Positions 1 to 12,300 of a DNA stretch of 45,202 bases are shown here, piece after piece. A program made the translations under genes and the position numbers. Numbering within the stretch: the first letter of the stretch is position 1; the number at the start of each line of letters is the position of its first letter. This DNA is from Chlorokybus atmophyticus (lineage: Eukaryota > Plantae > Mesostigma and Chlorokybus algae). Under the pieces are notes generated by a model, which was given only the letters and a program-made list of their open reading frames with translations, did not search any database and was not told the origin of the DNA. The DNA is taken from NCBI GenBank assembly GCA_009103225.1, contig RHPI01000398.1, positions 1 through 45,202 of the forward strand, written 5' to 3'.

Positions 1-82
1 ACCCTAACCCTAACCCTAACCCTAACCCTAACCCTAACCCTAACCCTAACCCTAACCCTAACCCTAACCCTAACCCTAACCC
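1..82 (-). repeat. Telomere, (TTAGGG)n read as (CCCTAA)n on +
   Basis: About 13 perfect CCCTAA units from base 1, with the C-rich strand on + as expected for a left chromosome end. Confidence 0.97.
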
Positions 83-99
83 ACCCCTCAGCTCGCGCA

Positions 100-2211
100 C
101 GCGCACGCGTTGTTGCGGCCAACAACATAGGTGACCGACTCAATGGCTTCGCTACATTCACTCGACTTGGTTTATAAACCCAAGTAATAGTTGAAGCGTG
201 ACAGGGTCTCAGCCCAGCTTGCTTGTCTTCTCGACAATGTTGGTTGGGTCTAAAAGAAAACAAGGGGGTTGTGGTCGGTGATCACTGTAAACCCGCCTTC
301 CACCCCCTCTAGGTAGCAGCGCCACTACTGTAGCGCGTGAACAACCCCAACAACTCTTGCTCAGTTGTTGTATAGTTCCTCTCAGCGGGAGAGAACTTCT
401 TGCTTGAGTAAGCAAGTGGGTGTCCACCCTGAAGCAACACAGCTCCAGTGCCGTCTATTGAGGCATCACTCATCACGGTAAAGGGCTTGGTAAAGTCCGG
501 TAATAACAACACCGGTGCTGTCACCAAGGCCTCTTTGACAGCCTCAAAGGCTTGTTGGTGCTCTTGCGCCCATTTCCACACAATCTTATCGCGCAATATG
601 TTGGTGAGGGCTGCTACTTTTGTCGAGTAGCCTAAGATGTACTTGCGGAAGTAGTTGCTTAGGCCTAAGAAAGCGCGCAACTCATGCACGTTTTTAGGGC
701 TCGGCCAATCCTTGACCTTTGCAACCTTCTTCGAATCAGGGGGCACGCCCTTTTCACTGATAATGTGTCCCAAGAATTCCAATTCCGTTTTTTCATACTC
801 ACATTTGGGCAAGTATATATAAAACCGATGCGCGCGCGGTGTATCTAACACTTCACGCACATGCGTGACATGCAACGCAGGGAGGGTCCTTACTGAATAC
901 GAGTATATCGTCAAGATATACGAGTACCGTCTTACCGATCAGCTTATGGAACACACGGTTCATCATTGCTTGAAAGGTGGCTGGCGCATTCGTCAACTCG
1001 AATGGCAGCACTTTGTCTTGGAAGTGACCAAGTGGCGTACGAAACGCTGTCGTAGGTACATCTTCCGGAGTGACACGTATCAGATGATATCCATTAATCA
1101 AGTCCAAGGATGTAAAACACTGAGGCCCCGCTCAGCTGATCTAACAGATCATCTATCCTCGGTAGTGGGTACCGAGACTTGATGGTCAGCTTATCAAAGG
1201 CCCGATAGTCTACGCACATGCGTAGCCTGTCATCCTTTTTCGGTACGAAAAGGATAGGTGCTCCAAAGGGAGAGCTACTAGGCTCAATCAACCTTTTGTC
1301 AAGCAAGGCCTTTATTCGCCCCTCCATGTCCGCATACTTAGCTGGACTTAGCCGTATACAGGCTTAAAGAGAGGTTGCGCACCCGACTCAAGAGGGATCG
1401 TATGCCATACGTCCCTCTCGGGTGGCAAGTCAGGCAATTCAGCTTTGAACACATCGGAATACTCATGCGTCAGAGACTGCAAAGCAAGCTTGCGTACATT
1501 GCCAGAAGACTCACCATTTGGCGTGGTCTCAGAGTCAGTAATGGTAGTCAGACGTTGGTTGCCACTGGCGTCACCAACAGATGCAGGGGAAGCCCGCAAT
1601 GGCACATTGCGTCACCCGCACCAGGAGGGGTTGAGAGCCGCGTCGAACCGCTCTCTTTACATGCATAGCACTTAACAAAAGAGGTAAGACATATGGCATT
1701 GGATCTGCAACACGGGTAGGCAAATTATTGCGCCCATCCGCGCACAAGGTCACGCGACCTCGCCCTTTGCGCATGCTGCAAAGTTTAATGTCCGCATCTG
1801 TGCGTAGGCCACATGCTTGTTCCCAATGGCTGCCTACAATGGCATCCACCCCTGGTACCTCAACCGGGATGACAAGGAACTTCAATTGCGCATGATAGCC
1901 TTGTACGCGCACGGACAAGCGCACGGATCCGCACACGGGGATCTCATGCTTGTTCAAAGAGACCACCATGTCAGTGCTCTTCGTGACATGAATGCCTAAG
2001 CGCCTCACCTGAGATTCACTCACGAATTTCTGGTGTGCCCCGTGTCTATCATCAAGATGCACGGCACATGCGCTACTGACGCCTTGAACAACCAAGTCAA
2101 GTCTAAAGAACTTACTTGGTGAACGGTGGGAGGGTCATACATTATACGAGCATGACTCTTACCCATCTGGATGTCACCTAAGACCTGCATGCCTTTGGTG
2201 TGACGAGACAA
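100..2211 (-). mobile_element. Decayed, truncated Ty3/gypsy pol (protease-RT-RNase H), no integrase or LTR visible
   Basis: Minus-strand motifs split by frameshifts: protease MIDTG (about 2030-2060); [38 protein letters not shown] and VYLDDILVFS; RNase H VMSDAS..GAVLLQ..YSSKKF..AERNYTTTEQEL; and WRCYLEG..VITDH..LSRRQA.W near 150-330. Confidence 0.93.
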
Positions 2212-3050
2212 TGACCCGTACAGCTTGGGTACTACAACACATGCACCACGAAGCCAGAGATGTTCGCGGTGGAGTGCGGCCCCGGGGGATTGAAGACGAT
2301 GTCAAGGGTGAGGCTGCCGCGCATGCTGTTGGTCTGCTGAAACTACATTGTATGCTGCTGGATACACTAAAAGTTGATGCTTTTCACTGAAGTGTCTGTG
2401 TCAAAAAGCACGAGAGAAATATATTGTTGTGTTAATGTGCATTTGATGCGATGCGCACTCGTGCACAACTTTTGCACCAAACCATTGCCGCAGTCCCAAC
2501 ACGAACATGGCCTTATGCTTACGAGGCAGTTAGATGATGGGTGTCAAGGATGACGTTCGGGACCTCGTCATGCAGGCCTCCGCCATGCGGCTCTCAGACG
2601 CAAGAGCATTTCATCCAACTCAACAATTGTCACACGCAAACACAGCATCATCGTTTTCGGCCGGTTGCTTGCTTTGACTGGTCTGACAATGTCTGACATT
2701 GGTGATCATGTGGGAGTGTTGTTGACTATTGTGTGTTTCCAATACGGCGTCCAGACCGGTGGTGGCAGCGAGCCACGAGCCTGGTAGTCTGCAAGGCCGC
2801 ATGCTGGATAGCCACTTTGGAAAGGTAGTAACGCAGGATGTGGATGCGTGCGCCTCTCTCGGCATCTGTGGCACTTGCATGACAGAGACTCATACAAATG
2901 TTGGCTTTACGTGGTGTTGTAACACTATTATTGCAATAGATGTGTCTTCAACCGCACCTCCACAGTGGTTTCGTGCGTGGTCGGGAAGCCACTGAGCGAC
3001 TCGCTCGACGTCTTCCTAACCAACGTAAAGTTGAGCGCATGATGCTGGCA

Positions 3051-3678
3051 GGGGGGGGGGGGGGGGGGGGGGCGTGTANNNNNNNNNNNNNNNNNNNNNN
3101 NNNNNNNNNNNNNNNNNNNNNNNNNNNNNNNNNNNNNNNNNNNNNNNNNNNNNNNNNNNNNNNNNNNNNNNNNNNNNNNNNNNNNNNNNNNNNNNNNNNN
3201 NNNNNNNNNNNNNNNNNNNNNNNNNNNNNNNNNNNNNNNNNNNNNNNNNNNNNNNNNNNNNNNNNNNNNNNNNNNNNNNNNNNNNNNNNNNNNNNNNNNN
3301 NNNNNNNNNNNNNNNNNNNNNNNNNNNNNNNNNNNNNNNNNNNNNNNNNNNNNNNNNNNNNNNNNNNNNNNNNNNNNNNNNNNNNNNNNNNNNNNNNNNN
3401 NNNNNNNNNNNNNNNNNNNNNNNNNNNNNNNNNNNNNNNNNNNNNNNNNNNNNNNNNNNNNNNNNNNNNNNNNNNNNNNNNNNNNNNNNNNNNNNNNNNN
3501 NNNNNNNNNNNNNNNNNNNNNNNNNNNNNNNNNNNNNNNNNNNNNNNNNNNNNNNNNNNNNNNNNNNNNNNNNNNNNNNNNNNNNNNNNNNNNNNNNNNN
3601 NNNNNNNNNNNNNNNNNNNNNNNNNNNNNNNNNNNNNNNNNNNNNNNNNNNNNNNNNNNNNNNNNNNGGGGGGGGGGG
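3051..3678. other. Assembly gap (N 3079-3668) flanked by poly-G runs
   Basis: 590 Ns, with G runs at 3051-3072 and 3669-3678. ORFs called across the gap are artefacts. Confidence 0.98.
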
Positions 3679-6350
3679 TCGTGTACTCGTTGTCGTCATT
3701 AACGTTGTCTCGCAGTCACAGTTGGCAACATCATCACAGGAGCAGTCTGCTGCTTCTTCTCCTTGTGCAACTTCCGTGTGGCGTGCTTCTACAAGACGAG
3801 ACAACTTATTAATGATGACTGCAATAGCAAGCAAACGCAGGAATATTGTTTGACAGGCAACTGGGACAACATCATGCAACGGATGCTTGCACGTTGATTG
3901 AAGCAGCGCCGCAGTGCTGCTCCAAACAACGGGCATGCAAACCTTCATCATGTGCGGCAGCCGCCTCGGCGGAGATGCTTTCTTGATTGCCACTTGAGAC
4001 AGGCATACTTATGTGATGTCCGTAGTATGCACGAGCTCGCACCCACACCCGCGCGCATGCGCGCAGATGCTGACACGCTTTGTTGGTCAACTCGTGTACT
4101 TCCTCACTGCCATCACTAGTGCTGCTTGTGCAAGACATAGCTGAGCGAGCAATGCCTAATGTGAACGTGGTGGATGTAGACTATGCCCACCAATAGCGTT
4201 GGCATTGGCACTGCTGCGCAACATATGCTGCTCGGGTGCACGCGTGCCCAATGGTGGCAGTTAGCACGTTGAACTCTCTGTGCTTGAAATGTGTACAAAA
4301 GAACCGGGAGGGGATGTGTCGTTTGCCGCACAAGTGGACGCGAAATCATCAGCAGATGTCTGGCTAACTGCGGATATCTGCGGAGTAGCCAGCCGCACTC
4401 GCGTTGCAGGCGTTGCATGGCAAACTTCGTAATCAGTTTGTTTTAGACAGTGGATGCCTGTGCGTGCAAAAAGCGTGAAAAGCTGTCGGACCAAGCCTCG
4501 TGGGCGCAGAGATGCCAGATGCCCTTTTGCGCGTTCACGCATGCTGTACACTGTACAGCATGATGCCGCCCGAGAGAGTTGGTGTACAACAACCTGACCC
4601 TGACATGCAAGCTGTCTCAAGCAAATCCTTGAGCAACCGTAATGCTCAACACCAGAGCTGCACGGCATGGCTGCTCCCGGTGGGCCTCGGCTCGGTGCAG
4701 CACGGCGAAGAGGTAAGAAGGAAGACCTAAGCAGCTTCCTTGCAATTGCAATAACAAGAATTAGCGCGCGCTACTCCGAGTCAACCTCTCACTCCTCTGG
4801 TGGAAGCAAGTTGGCATTGCCTGTCACCTTGAACCCTCCGCTGACACCACCTAAACTATAACCAGACACCGCGGATGGGCCTCCAGAGGTAATGCCCCTG
4901 TACACACAGTTCTGCGCAGTCACAACAATAATGTCACATGTGGTAGAGTGGTATTGTATACCTGTTGAGCAATAACAACAACCACCACAACAATGTCCAC
5001 AACGATAACAACAACATCAACAACAACATATGTGACCGGTTGCCTCACCTGATGTAGTCGCGACCTTCTCGACAGACCCCTTTTCAACTGCTCTTGCCAG
5101 GGTGTCTGCCATTGAAAATTCTGCACATGACATGCATCATCAGACACAACGGGCAGATGCATGTTGCGCACATACCTCAGACCAGTGCACTGTGTGTGGA
5201 TGCTATGCATGACCGCGCCGCCCATACCTTGTGCAAGTTGGGTAGCATCTGTGGAGTGTACGACTTGCCCTTGCATTGTGGACTGTCAACGGTCCTTTGC
5301 AAACAAGACAGATATAGCTCAACTCCTGACTGTATTGCGCAAGCGCGAACACAACAAGAACTTCTTTGCTAAACTTCCTTATTTTCATTTCTGACTTGTA
5401 CTTTTCTGCCATTGCGTGCAAGCAACGCACCTGCAACTCGCACAGGTTGCAGCTGCAAATATTCTCGTTGTCTTCAACTAATCTCCTGCCCCATGGAGTT
5501 CATCCTGCAGCCACACAATGCGAATGAATACGGAGTAACACAAGCTACAGACAAAACTACCAATAAACCCATCAACGAACGTGTCAACACGACATGACGC
5601 TATGCCCAGATGGAAGGTAAAGCGCACGATTTTACGATACAGCTGCACCAAGTAACTAAGCAAGCGGTCAGTTTTACAACCCCATGTTGTCATAATGGCT
5701 GAATCAAGCAACACCAGGAACAAAGCACTGCTGCTAGCGAGAGAATGCAGCAATAACGACCACTTTTTCGCTTACATTTTGGGGGCTGTCCGTAAGAATT
5801 AGATCAGCCAACACTTAGATCAGCCAAGTCCGCGGCAAGCTACGCACACCACTTTCCCATTGTGAAGCACCTTTGGCAGCTGTCAAAGAAGGCAATCACC
5901 GTTAATGATAATGCAAAAGAAATTTGCAAGATAAACAGAAACTGAACTGAAGAAGGTACAGCTGGCGCTTACTCATTTGTGAAGTTAATAGTGACGCATT
6001 TCCTCACCACCTTGAACGCTTGAACTATGCCTATCAACTGGAGTCACCGAACAAAAGCAGTCAGAATACATACTCTGAGAGCATCCTGATAACGATACGT
6101 CAGGGTAGCAGAAAGTTGCAAGCTGTTTAAGACCTCAACAACGCTGGGGATGATCGCCTTCAGGATCTGATTGTCCACTAAGGCGACGCCTTGGCGCTCA
6201 CGCTCAGCCAAGCTAGCATCGACAAGAAGAAAGTCACCGGTGTCTTACTCCCTGCTCCTCCCTTGTCTCCTGCTCCTCCTCCTCCTCAGCCGCCGCCACT
6301 GAGGCCAACGCCAGCGCTCAGAACACCTCAAGCCCAAATGTTGGTGAACA
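3679..6350 (+). other. Unresolved gene-like region, strand and structure uncertain
   Basis: Protein-like segments on + (EYCLTGNWDNIMQRMLA about 3840, LVQDIAERAMPNVNVVDVDY about 4130, DLNNAGDDRLQDLIVH and LALTLSQASIDKKKVT about 6130-6240) and plausible splice sites, but interrupted by TAA/TAG. No domain recognised. Confidence 0.3.
4968..5030. repeat. Imperfect (AAC)n microsatellite
   Basis: AAT/AAC/CAC-rich tract, gcaataacaacaaccaccacaacaat...aacaacaacat. Confidence 0.8.
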
Positions 6351-6377
6351 TAAGAGTCAGTCTATTTTGCAAGTGGG

Positions 6378-9300
6378 ATGGTCGCTGGCGGCGGCGGCGG
6401 AGGAGGAGCAGGAGGAGCAGGAGGAGGCGGGGAGCAGGAAGTGGGACAAGTAGTAGATAAAAGTAAAAGGAGGAGAGTGAGTAGTGTCCTTGTCGCCAGC
6501 AATGGGTGCGCCGCCGTCAAGGGCATGCGCAGCCTGCGGGCGCTGGCACAGGCACAAAGCACACGCCTCGCATTGGTAATCATTCACAACCATTGCTGAA
6601 TGCTTGGATAATGTCAACCCCTGACTGCATGTGGAAATGTCATGACTTTCTCTTTTGTGCAATTCATTCCAGTTCAGGTTAGTATGGTGTTTGCTGGTGG
6701 CAAACAACTAGACTCGGTGTGTGTCTCGCATGCGTGCTGCAATGGCAACATGACACTCAACTATATATGCTCTCTTTCTTGCTGGTCACAGCATGCATCT
6801 TCAGCATGGATTTGGTCATGATCTCTAGGAGCTTCCACTACAATTATTACATTCATCTTTATTCGTTCCAACAATCTAGCAGCGTTTGCTAGTTCTTGCC
6901 TTTGTCATCAGAATTCAATGTGCAACTGCACCGCCTACCTGCGTGCAATTTCCGATTCATTGCGTAATGTGTATGTCCGTTCTTTCTACTACTCTGCTCA
7001 TTCAATGCCTTACATAGGTGGCAACGTCACACAGTAAAGTTTGTGAAGTTGCCACCTAGAGAAGGTGGTTGTGGGCGATGTGTGTATGGCATGCACCATA
7101 TCATACCATACCTTCTGTACTTTTCGCTTGTGCACAACTCAGTCATGTTAGTTATGATGGTGTACAAGGCAGTGCACCATATGACGATTTTGGTCGCCAT
7201 AATGCAGTACTTCAATGTCACATTGAACCACCGTGCTATACGTGTAGGTGGCGATGGCGACGCCGGAGGATGTACGCGCCAATGGCGAGCACTTGCGGTT
7301 GGCCGACCAGTTTGTTGAAGTGCCGGGAGGACCCAACGTGAACAACTATGCCAACCCCACACTCATTGGTATGGTGTGCAGCTGACAGTGACAACTGAGT
7401 GTACTTGCATGGGATTACTAAGACCGGCAATTAACAAACACGTGTTATGCTTCAACCTTTATGCAGTTGAGTCTGCCCTTCGTGCTGGTTGCGATGCCGT
7501 GTGGCCCGGTTGGGGCCACGCCAGCGAGAACCCGCTACTACCCGAGCTGTGCGCAAAGAACGGTCTGGTGTTTTTGGGACCCAACGCGGACGCAATGGCC
7601 GCGCTCGGAGACAAGATCGCGGCGCTCTTGTTGGCGCAATCCGCGGGGTTGCCAACGCTGCCGTGGTCAGGAAGCGGGCTGCTGCTGCCAACACCAACTA
7701 GAGATAACAACACCGAAAGAAGCGGTGACCTCATACCTGCTGCTACTTATGCGAGAGCGGAAGTGGCTTCTCTGGATGGTGCAGCTGCGGCGTGCCGACA
7801 GATTGGCTACCCCGCGATGCTCAAGGCGAGCGCGGGTGGGGGTGGGCGCGGTATCCGGCGTGTTGGCAGCGATGAGGAGGCACGGGCGGCCTTTGCACAG
7901 GTCGATTGCACGTGATACAACACAGCGACTCGCATGGATGTCTGTGTGAAGTATGTGCGAATCTGGAGTAACACGTGTGCGTTGGCACATCTCACAAACC
8001 TACACATATGCGCACAGCAACTGCTGAGCTCTCTCTATGCAGGTGCAAGGAGAGGTGCCAGGCTCGCCAATCTTGGCGATGAAGCTTGCTTCACAGGTGT
8101 GTGTGCGACAGCCAATCTGGAGTCGCGAAGTTCTTTATGTGTCGACTGTATTCCTGCGATTGGCAACATCGTATTGAGTGGCAATTGCTTCTGCAGAGTC
8201 GCCATCTGGAAGTGCAAGTCCTTGCAGATGCATATGGAAATGTTGTCGCATTGCATGGCCGCGACTGCAGCGTTCAACGCCGGCATCAAAAGGCAAGTGA
8301 TTGCAAGTGGTTTGTTGTGATCTCACTCATGCTTTTGTTGTCAATGTTGTGTGATCTCATGTCAGATCATTGAGGAAGGGCCAATCACCGCAGCGCCACC
8401 CCTTGTGGTTCGTGCACTGGAGCGGTGTGCGTGCAAGCTGGCCAGAAGTGTCGGGTACATCGGTGCGTGCACGGTGGAATACTTGTATCAGGAGCATGAC
8501 CAAGCCTTTTTTTTCCTGGAGCTCAACCCGCGCCTTCAGGTTTCACTTGTGCACATTCTGTACGTAACCGCACACCAATGATGCTGATTGGCATTCTCTC
8601 TTTCGTTGTTGTTTGCTCTCTCAGGTTGAGCACCCAGTCACCGAGCAGTTGACTGGTGTCAACCTGCCGGCTGCGCAACTGTTGGTAGCCATGGGTACAC
8701 CGTTGCACGAGATCGCAGACATTCGTAGGTTTTATGGCCTGACACCTGATGTGAGTGTGGGTGAAACGGATGTCATCAATTTTGCCTCAGCGCAGCCTCT
8801 CCCGCCAAAAGGCCATGCGATTGCTGTGCGCATCACCAGCGAAGACCCGGATGATGGCTTTCGGCCCACCACGGGAATGATACATGTAAGTTCACACACT
8901 GTGTACAAGTTATGCTTGTTACTGTCTTTGGAACCAAAACATTCACCATGTGGCATAGGAGTTGAGTTTCAGAAGTACTTCCAACGCTTGGGGTTACTTC
9001 TCCGTTGGCGCCAAAGGTCGCATCCACGAGTTTTCTGACTCTCAATTTGGTCATGTGTTTGCCGCTGGCGAGAGCCGCGGCACCGCCATCGACGCCATGC
9101 TGCTCGCACTCAAGGACTTAACCATCCGGGGTGAGATCAGAACCAACGCGGCATACGCTGTGGACCTGCTGCAGACAGCAGAGTTCCAAAGCAACCGCAT
9201 CCACACTGGGTGGCTGGATACACGCATCGCGCGTCGTTTAACAACTGAGAAGCCACCGTGGCATCTGGCGGTGATATGCGGCGCGGTCAGAGCGGGCGTG

Positions 9301-12300
9301 TCGCTCGCAGCTGCAAGGACATCCGAGTTCCTGCTGTACCTGCAGAAAGGGCAAATACCTCCAAGAGAAATCAGCCTGGTTTCATTCAAGGTGGACATGT
9401 GCCTGGATGGCGTGCGGTACAGCACAGTGGTCTTGCGTGGGGGAGTTGGCAGGTGTGATACCGGATATCTGTCGCCTCAAGAGTGCTTGCTGCCTTGCCT
9501 CCATCAGGCCATATGCGTGTTGGGCTGAACTCCTGCGTTCTGCTTCATGTCACAGCTGGCGTGTCATTCTCAATGACAGTAGCGTGGACTGCGAGGCCCG
9601 TGTCCTTCCCGATGGAGGACTCCTTGTGCAGGTGGATCTGCAGTAGTTGCACACTCCACACATGCACATGAGCGCAAGCATGCATACAGGTGTGCACAGG
9701 GACGACAAACACACAGATGCATAGGTGGCGAGCACACCCTCTGTAAGGTGATGTCAGTTTTGATGTGACGTCGTTCATAGGTGAACGGCGCAAGCCATGT
9801 GGTGTATGCGGAGGACGAGGCGGCAGGCACACGCTTGCTGATAAACGGCCGCACTTGCCTCTTGTGCAATGCTGAGCTGGACCCGTCCGTACTGAGGGCA
9901 GAAACCCCAGGCAAGCTTCTGCGCTACCTCTGCGCCAATGAGGAGCGCATTGAAGCTGACCAACCGTACGCAGAGGTGGGTCAGAACGTTTGGGGTAGTC
10001 ATAGTCAGTTGAACGGTTGATGCTGTGGTTGTCATCACACTGTGTTTATGTGATGTATGTTCGGTGTCAGGTGGAGGTCATGAAGATGTGCATGCCGCTG
10101 TTGGCTCCCGCTCCAGGCATCGTGCACTTGAGGATGCCAGAGGGTGCCACCATGCAGGCCGGCGATGTCATTGCAGAGCTTACGCTGGACGGTGACGGTG
10201 ACACGGACGCGTTTGCGCAACAGTTTGTACCCTTCCAAGGGTCGCTGCCCCCTCTCGCCTCGCCAACAATTGAACCCGACAAACCGCAGCAGCGGTGTGC
10301 GGCCGCTTTGCAGCGCGCGACATGCCTGCTGCAGGTAGGTAATGCGTATGCATGAGTCTCCTTGTCCTGTCTGTAGTGACACATATACACTGTACTGCAC
10401 AGGGGTACGAACAACCTGTCGAGGAACTAGCACAGTTATTGGCAGCCAATCTTCAAGACCCGCAGCTTCCGCATGGTATGATCACTGTGTGATGCATGTA
10501 TAACATTGGCAACACACTCCTTGTACTGAGTGTGCACATGTGTGCTACCACAGGGGAATGGCATGAGCTAGTCACAGTATTAGCGGTGAAGTTGCCACCA
10601 ACTTTGGTCACGCAACTTGCCGGCATAACGCAGTCAGCACAAGGAGAACAGCCGTTTCCCGCAATGCAATTGCGATCTACTTTGCAGGTAGGTAGCAAGG
10701 TTTCTACTTCACGCCTACCAGTCCATGCATGAATGGTTACTGGTTGGGTATGATTGTGCAATATGTTGGCAGGCGTGGATCCTTGAAACCACCGACTCCC
10801 TTGAGCAACAAGCAAGAGAGAAGCAGATTGCACCGCTGTCGCAGCTGGTGAATCTGTACGCAGACGGCTTGCAAAAGCGAATACAGTCTGCTCTAAGTGC
10901 TCTTCTAGAAGAGTACTTGAAGGTAGTGCATCGACACATGTCGCACCTCAAACCGGTTGGGTTGCAACAGCTGGCTATTAACCGCGGGTCTGGCTTCCCA
11001 GGTTGAAGAGCTTTTTGGCGAGCAGCATCATTCCGAGGCCGATGACGTCATTGACGGTCTTCGTCAGGACAACAAGGAGCACCTCTCCAAGGTGTTGGAG
11101 CTGGCAGTCAGCCACCAGGCCCTGCAAAGGAAGAATGATCTCATCACAAGCCTGTTCACAAGCAGCATGGTGCGGTCGCAGCCCACGGCATACAAAGCCA
11201 TCTTGCGGCGCTTTGCTTCCTTGACTCACCCGGATCACCGCATGGTGGCGGCGCAAGCACGCCAGTTGCTTCTGCAGGTGTGTGTGCGGGTTGTGCGTAC
11301 AAGTGTGTGTTTGAGATCAACGCAGCTTGATGTCCGTAACGCGGCAAGCTTCCTACTTTGCCAACAACGTTGTTGCTGGTCTGATGTCCAGGCCCGGCTT
11401 CTAGAGCTGCAAGCGCATGCAACTGAGGTGCTTGGCAACGCTGTGCCGGCATCCGCATCGCGTGACGATGATGTTGTTTCCAATGGCAGTTTATCATCTT
11501 CTCCTCGCATCGCCTCACCGCACATTGTCAATCTTGATGCACACTTGGGGGAGGAGTACGCAGCAGAACCCCTTGAAGATGTATTGGAAGGGCTGCTTGC
11601 ATCCAGCAGCCTTGATCTGCAACAGTGCGCAATGCACGTGTATATCCACCGCCTGTACCAGGTGAGTGTGATTGTGAAACCCAATAGCAACCGGCAGCAA
11701 TTGCATATTGCCAATTACTAAGTATAAGTTGCTTGGCAGGGTGTTATTGAGGAAGATAGCTTGCGTAAAGAAAATAAATTTCAGCATGGCGGCTGGAGTA
11801 TAGCCACCTGGCGGTGTCGGCAACTGGAGGAGTTGCCAACACTTGGCAATGCACCGACAAGGGCACCAGTAATCAATGGTGACCATGCCATGTACTCGCA
11901 CCACAATAGTACGCGTTGTGTCTTCTTGTTGCTGCCCTCTTGGTCCTCGGTAAAGGAAGCCCTGGCGTCTGCTCAGAGCACTTGCAGCATACACGGTGCT
12001 TTTTCTGCTGTGCATGTTGCTGTAACCTCCCCTGACAGCGCACTGCTGGAGGCTATGACAAGGTACAACTTACCCCATATTCGAAGAGGGCAACAATATG
12101 TGTGGCTAACTTCTTATTACAAGTTGGTTGCCGCAGTGGGGACGCACAATGTGGTGAGGTGCTCTGCGACCGCCTTGACTACGCGCTCAAGGGCATGGAA
12201 GGGTCTTTGGTGCTTGATGGTGACGCCGCCGCTCATGTGTGCGTGATGCTGCATCGGAGTGACGGCTTGCCACCACTGCGCTACACGTATTGCATCACAC

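Noticed and set aside
2940-3993. Long ORFs of 259-325 aa
   Set aside because: They are mostly translated Ns across the gap.
4960-5035. Poly-Gln tract with TAA codons as evidence for TAA=Gln
   Set aside because: In the next frame it is a plain AAT/AAC (Asn) repeat, which explains the TAAs, and the Gln frame hits TGA straight afterwards.
5203-6240. Minus-strand gene head-to-head with ACC
   Set aside because: The frames read like antisense shadows (FLL opposite KKK, VV opposite NN). No start codon, coherent splice path or domain was found.
6362-6583. Signal-peptide plus poly-Pro ORF on -
   Set aside because: It is the antisense of ACC exon 1 (the GGA/GGC repeat).
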